From positions 125,298 to 189,297 of the forward strand of contig JAHLWR010000006.1 of assembly GCA_019057815.1 (NCBI GenBank): a DNA stretch of 64,000 bases, read 5' to 3'. Made by a program: the position numbers and the translations under genes. The DNA comes from Candidatus Heimdallarchaeota archaeon. GTDB taxonomy: Archaea; Asgardarchaeota; Heimdallarchaeia; Heimdallarchaeales; Heimdallarchaeaceae. Below, piece by piece: positions 61,555 through 64,000 of the stretch (positions within the stretch are counted from its first letter, which is position 1; each line of letters begins with the position of its first letter). The notes beneath the pieces are model-generated. The model saw nothing but the letters and a program-made list of their open reading frames with translations, searched no databases and was not told the origin of the DNA.

Positions 61555-62607
61555 ATGCAAATTTTTGAGTATTTAAAGATCTATGATGTAATTTCAAACT
61601 TAAGAGATAATCGATTAAAAAGAAAATTTGAAGTTTTGGTAGGGTATATTATCCAAAGTATTCAAACACACAAAACTTTGTGGTATAAATCAGTTGATGA
61701 TGATATTAATAAAATTGTACAAACAAAAAAAAAGATTTTTCATAACACAGAATTGACAGAATCTGAGAAAATTGCTGAACTGATAATATTAATGGAAAAA
61801 GAAGCATATTATACAATGGAATCTATTGCAAAAACTAAAGATGAATTTGAATATCTTCTAAATCTAATCATTAGTATGAGTTTTGATTCTATGCCCAGAA
61901 TAATGAAGAGAATTCTTAAAGGGGATTTTGATAATTCAAATATACATTGTGAGAATTATTTAAAGAAGGGAATCGTTGAGAAAATATTAAGAGAATTATA
62001 CAGTAAAAAACATCTAGATTATCATAATGTTCAATCAAAAGATAAGAAGTTTATAAGAACGATTTACAACTATGAACTGGATTTTATTCTTGATTTCTTA
62101 GAATTTGTTAAAGATTATTTGAAATTCCTAAGAAAAGTAAGAAATAACATGTATCACAATTTTGCTTATATAACTCCAACAAACGAACAGCAAATAATGT
62201 ATCCTGAAAGTTGGATAAAAGAGAGTTCTCCTATTTTTGTTTTTAATCCAAGTTTGAATAAAGGGTATTTTGATAGTTATTATTCAGGAAAAACAGTTAT
62301 TACTTATTACACAAGAATCATGAATTTATGTGTTATTTTAGAAAAAATACCCATATTGCAATATATTCGGAGTATGGAAAGAGATCAGCGATTAATAGAT
62401 GTATTAGTTAGTCCAGAAGCTATAAAACATAGTGAAAGGTATTTTCAAATCTTAAAGAAATATGGATTTCCAAGAGGAAAACCAGGTATGAAAATATCAG
62501 GAGACAAGATAGAACCAAGCAAAACGGGTGAAAACATGAAAATACAAAAGAGTCTAAATAAAAAATTTGAAGAATTTCTGAAAAAATATCCACCTCCTAT
62601 GAAATGA
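61555..62607 (+). CDS. Helical protein with a HEPN-like RxxxxH RNase motif
   Basis: LRKVRNNMYHN after a long amphipathic helix; defence-island context. Confidence 0.6.
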   Translation: MQIFEYLKIYDVISNLRDNRLKRKFEVLVGYIIQSIQTHKTLWYKSVDDDINKIVQTKKKIFHNTELTESEKIAELIILMEKEAYYTMESIAKTKDEFEYLLNLIISMSFDSMPRIMKRILKGDFDNSNIHCENYLKKGIVEKILRELYSKKHLDYHNVQSKDKKFIRTIYNYELDFILDFLEFVKDYLKFLRKVRNNMYHNFAYITPTNEQQIMYPESWIKESSPIFVFNPSLNKGYFDSYYSGKTVITYYTRIMNLCVILEKIPILQYIRSMERDQRLIDVLVSPEAIKHSERYFQILKKYGFPRGKPGMKISGDKIEPSKTGENMKIQKSLNKKFEEFLKKYPPPMK

Positions 62608-62762
62608 ACTTATTCTTCTCTCAAATGATTTCTTCTGATATAATTATTATCATTGTTCATGAATCTCTTCCTCCTATTCATACAAAACTAAAAGTATACT
62701 ATTAAATTTAAGAGTTTCTTTTAAAATCATGATACTTCTTAAGAGTACTATAGATTAAATAG

Positions 62763-63838
62763 CTAGTCATTTGTTTTTTTATAATAGCTATACTCTGACC
62801 AGAGATTATCACTTTCATAGTTAGGTTTTCCAGGAAAATTAGAAGCATTCCATAGATCATCAAAACTCTGTTTAAAAGCAATATTTAGATCCATTGCGTA
62901 ATCATCTATTATAATTTCAGATAATGTGATAATATTTTGTCTGATTCTGTGATTTCTTAAGTTTAATCCAATAAAATATTTTCCTTGAATATTGACTTCA
63001 ATCCTATAATTTTCAATACCAAATAGAGAAATAATGATTTCGATTGGTGGATTTATTTCTAGCACTTTATATAAATCGAGATATTCAGAAATTGAGTTTA
63101 GTATTGTTCTTTCAAAGAATGGATTTGATATGATTAAATTACTATCTATTTGCTTTAATAGAAAATCATCTTGTACCTCTATTATACCATTTTTGTACAT
63201 ACTTACACATGAAGAGAAATCCTCTTTTACTACAGCACTATGACAAACTGTGAATTTATTGCTATGAAATCTTTCTGATAGAGAATAATATCTTAGAGGT
63301 TTCAAGAACTCTCTGTTTTTAGCTATCTCATCCAAACTAATTATGTCATTTCTTTCAAATATATCCAAAGGTACTAGATGTATTATTAATGTTGCTTTGT
63401 TTTCTACAGAATTTAGAATGCTATTGTGGATTGATTTAATCCTTTCTGTGGAATCTTTGAAAAGGAAATCTAATGCAAGTATATCTGACGCCTCTTTTAT
63501 TGTTTTTATTTTTCTTTCATGATCTGATTTCATTTTATTTAAAAAATCCGTATCGTATTTTTCTAGATTAGTATCTATTATTCTATGGTGAGTTGGACAT
63601 AGCAAAATTAGATTGTTAATTACATGTCTCTCATCATCAGATTGTTTATGATCGTATCTAGGGGATCCAGGATTTTTTCCTTTAATATGACATACATCAC
63701 CTATAGCTCTTTCTCTTTCATCAGTCATTTCTTGGTTGCATTTTGGATGTAACATAAATTACCAGAAAGCGCAAATAATCTTTTTATTGTACCTATCTTA
63801 AGTTGCGTAATTTTTTTCTTCTTTAAATTCTCAGACAT
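62763..63838 (-). pseudogene. HNH endonuclease fused to a C-terminal domain like that of AlbA_2/Schlafen-associated proteins; 1-nt frameshift near 63750
   Basis: ATG 63838 gives MSENLKKKKITQLKIGTIKRLFALSGNLC, then the frame shifts to HPKCNQ...VCHIKG..PGSPRYD...NLILLCPTHHRIID; C-terminal LIIHLVP...KNGIIE...DDLWNAS. Confidence 0.75.
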
Positions 63839-63869
63839 TATGAACAACATTTCCATTTGATAATCTAAA

Positions 63870-64000
63870 TTATTTTTCTCCATTCAACTCCTCATAAATA
63901 CTTGTAAATTCCTCTAGAGCTGCTTGAAGGTTCTCAACAATCTCAGCTGCTATTTCTTCAGGAGGAGGAAGATTCTCTAAATCTTCTAAACTCTTATCTT
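63870..64000 (-). CDS. hsdM: 3' end of a type I restriction-modification methyltransferase subunit (partial, runs off the window)
   Basis: Hand translation DKSLEDLENLPPPEEIAAEIVENLQAALEEFTSIYEELNGEK*, the typical HsdM C-terminal helix. Confidence 0.8.
   Translation of the reverse strand, partial: DKSLEDLENLPPPEEIAAEIVENLQAALEEFTSIYEELNGEK

Noticed and set aside
1593-63243. Numerous short antisense or nested ORFs in the track (e.g. 1593-1937, 16032-16448, 22177-22482, 33838-34158, 52996-53265, 63034-63243)
   Set aside because: They are shadows of well-supported genes on the opposite strand or frame, with no motifs.
1-64000. tRNA, rRNA, CRISPR arrays, IS elements, att sites
   Set aside because: No GC-rich cloverleaf or rRNA-like tracts, regularly spaced repeats or transposase/integrase motifs were seen; short att repeats cannot be excluded by eye.

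Overview
AT-rich archaeal DNA, most likely from an Asgard (Heimdallarchaeia-like) lineage. This is inferred from the archaeal aIF-1A/RIO1/Dim2 and aIF-2beta/DUF424/NMD3 clusters plus a WD40 and a roadblock-like coiled-coil protein. There are three zones. (1) 1-18.7 kb is core and housekeeping: a BpsA-like aminopropyltransferase, an MBL hydrolase, glycosylation genes, a split MetRS, an unlisted CdrS-like ribbon-helix-helix gene, translation and ribosome-biogenesis genes, WD40, an ArsB/NhaD-type transporter and oligoendopeptidase F. (2) 19.6-50.9 kb is a ~30 kb minus-strand operon of three overlapping genes (about 10,000 aa in total): a membrane-anchored subtilisin, a 3157-aa Ig-like repeat stalk protein and a 5978-aa secreted protein. 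The 5978-aa protein has lectin-like beta domains, an internal hydrophobic/amphipathic membrane segment and a compositionally distinct C-terminal part with a possible PD-(D/E)XK motif. A divergent winged-helix regulator lies upstream. This operon is the best candidate for an undescribed system, either a giant toxin-delivery or a cell-contact apparatus. (3) 51-64 kb is a defence-island-like patchwork: GHKL ATPase-HEXXH, HNH, REase-like, GNAT, two HEPN proteins, an REase-STAND NTPase, a frameshifted HNH fusion, a methyltransferase remnant and the 3' end of a type I hsdM. No tRNA, rRNA, CRISPR array or integrase/transposase was recognised. All family calls come from motif recognition by eye, not from database searches.
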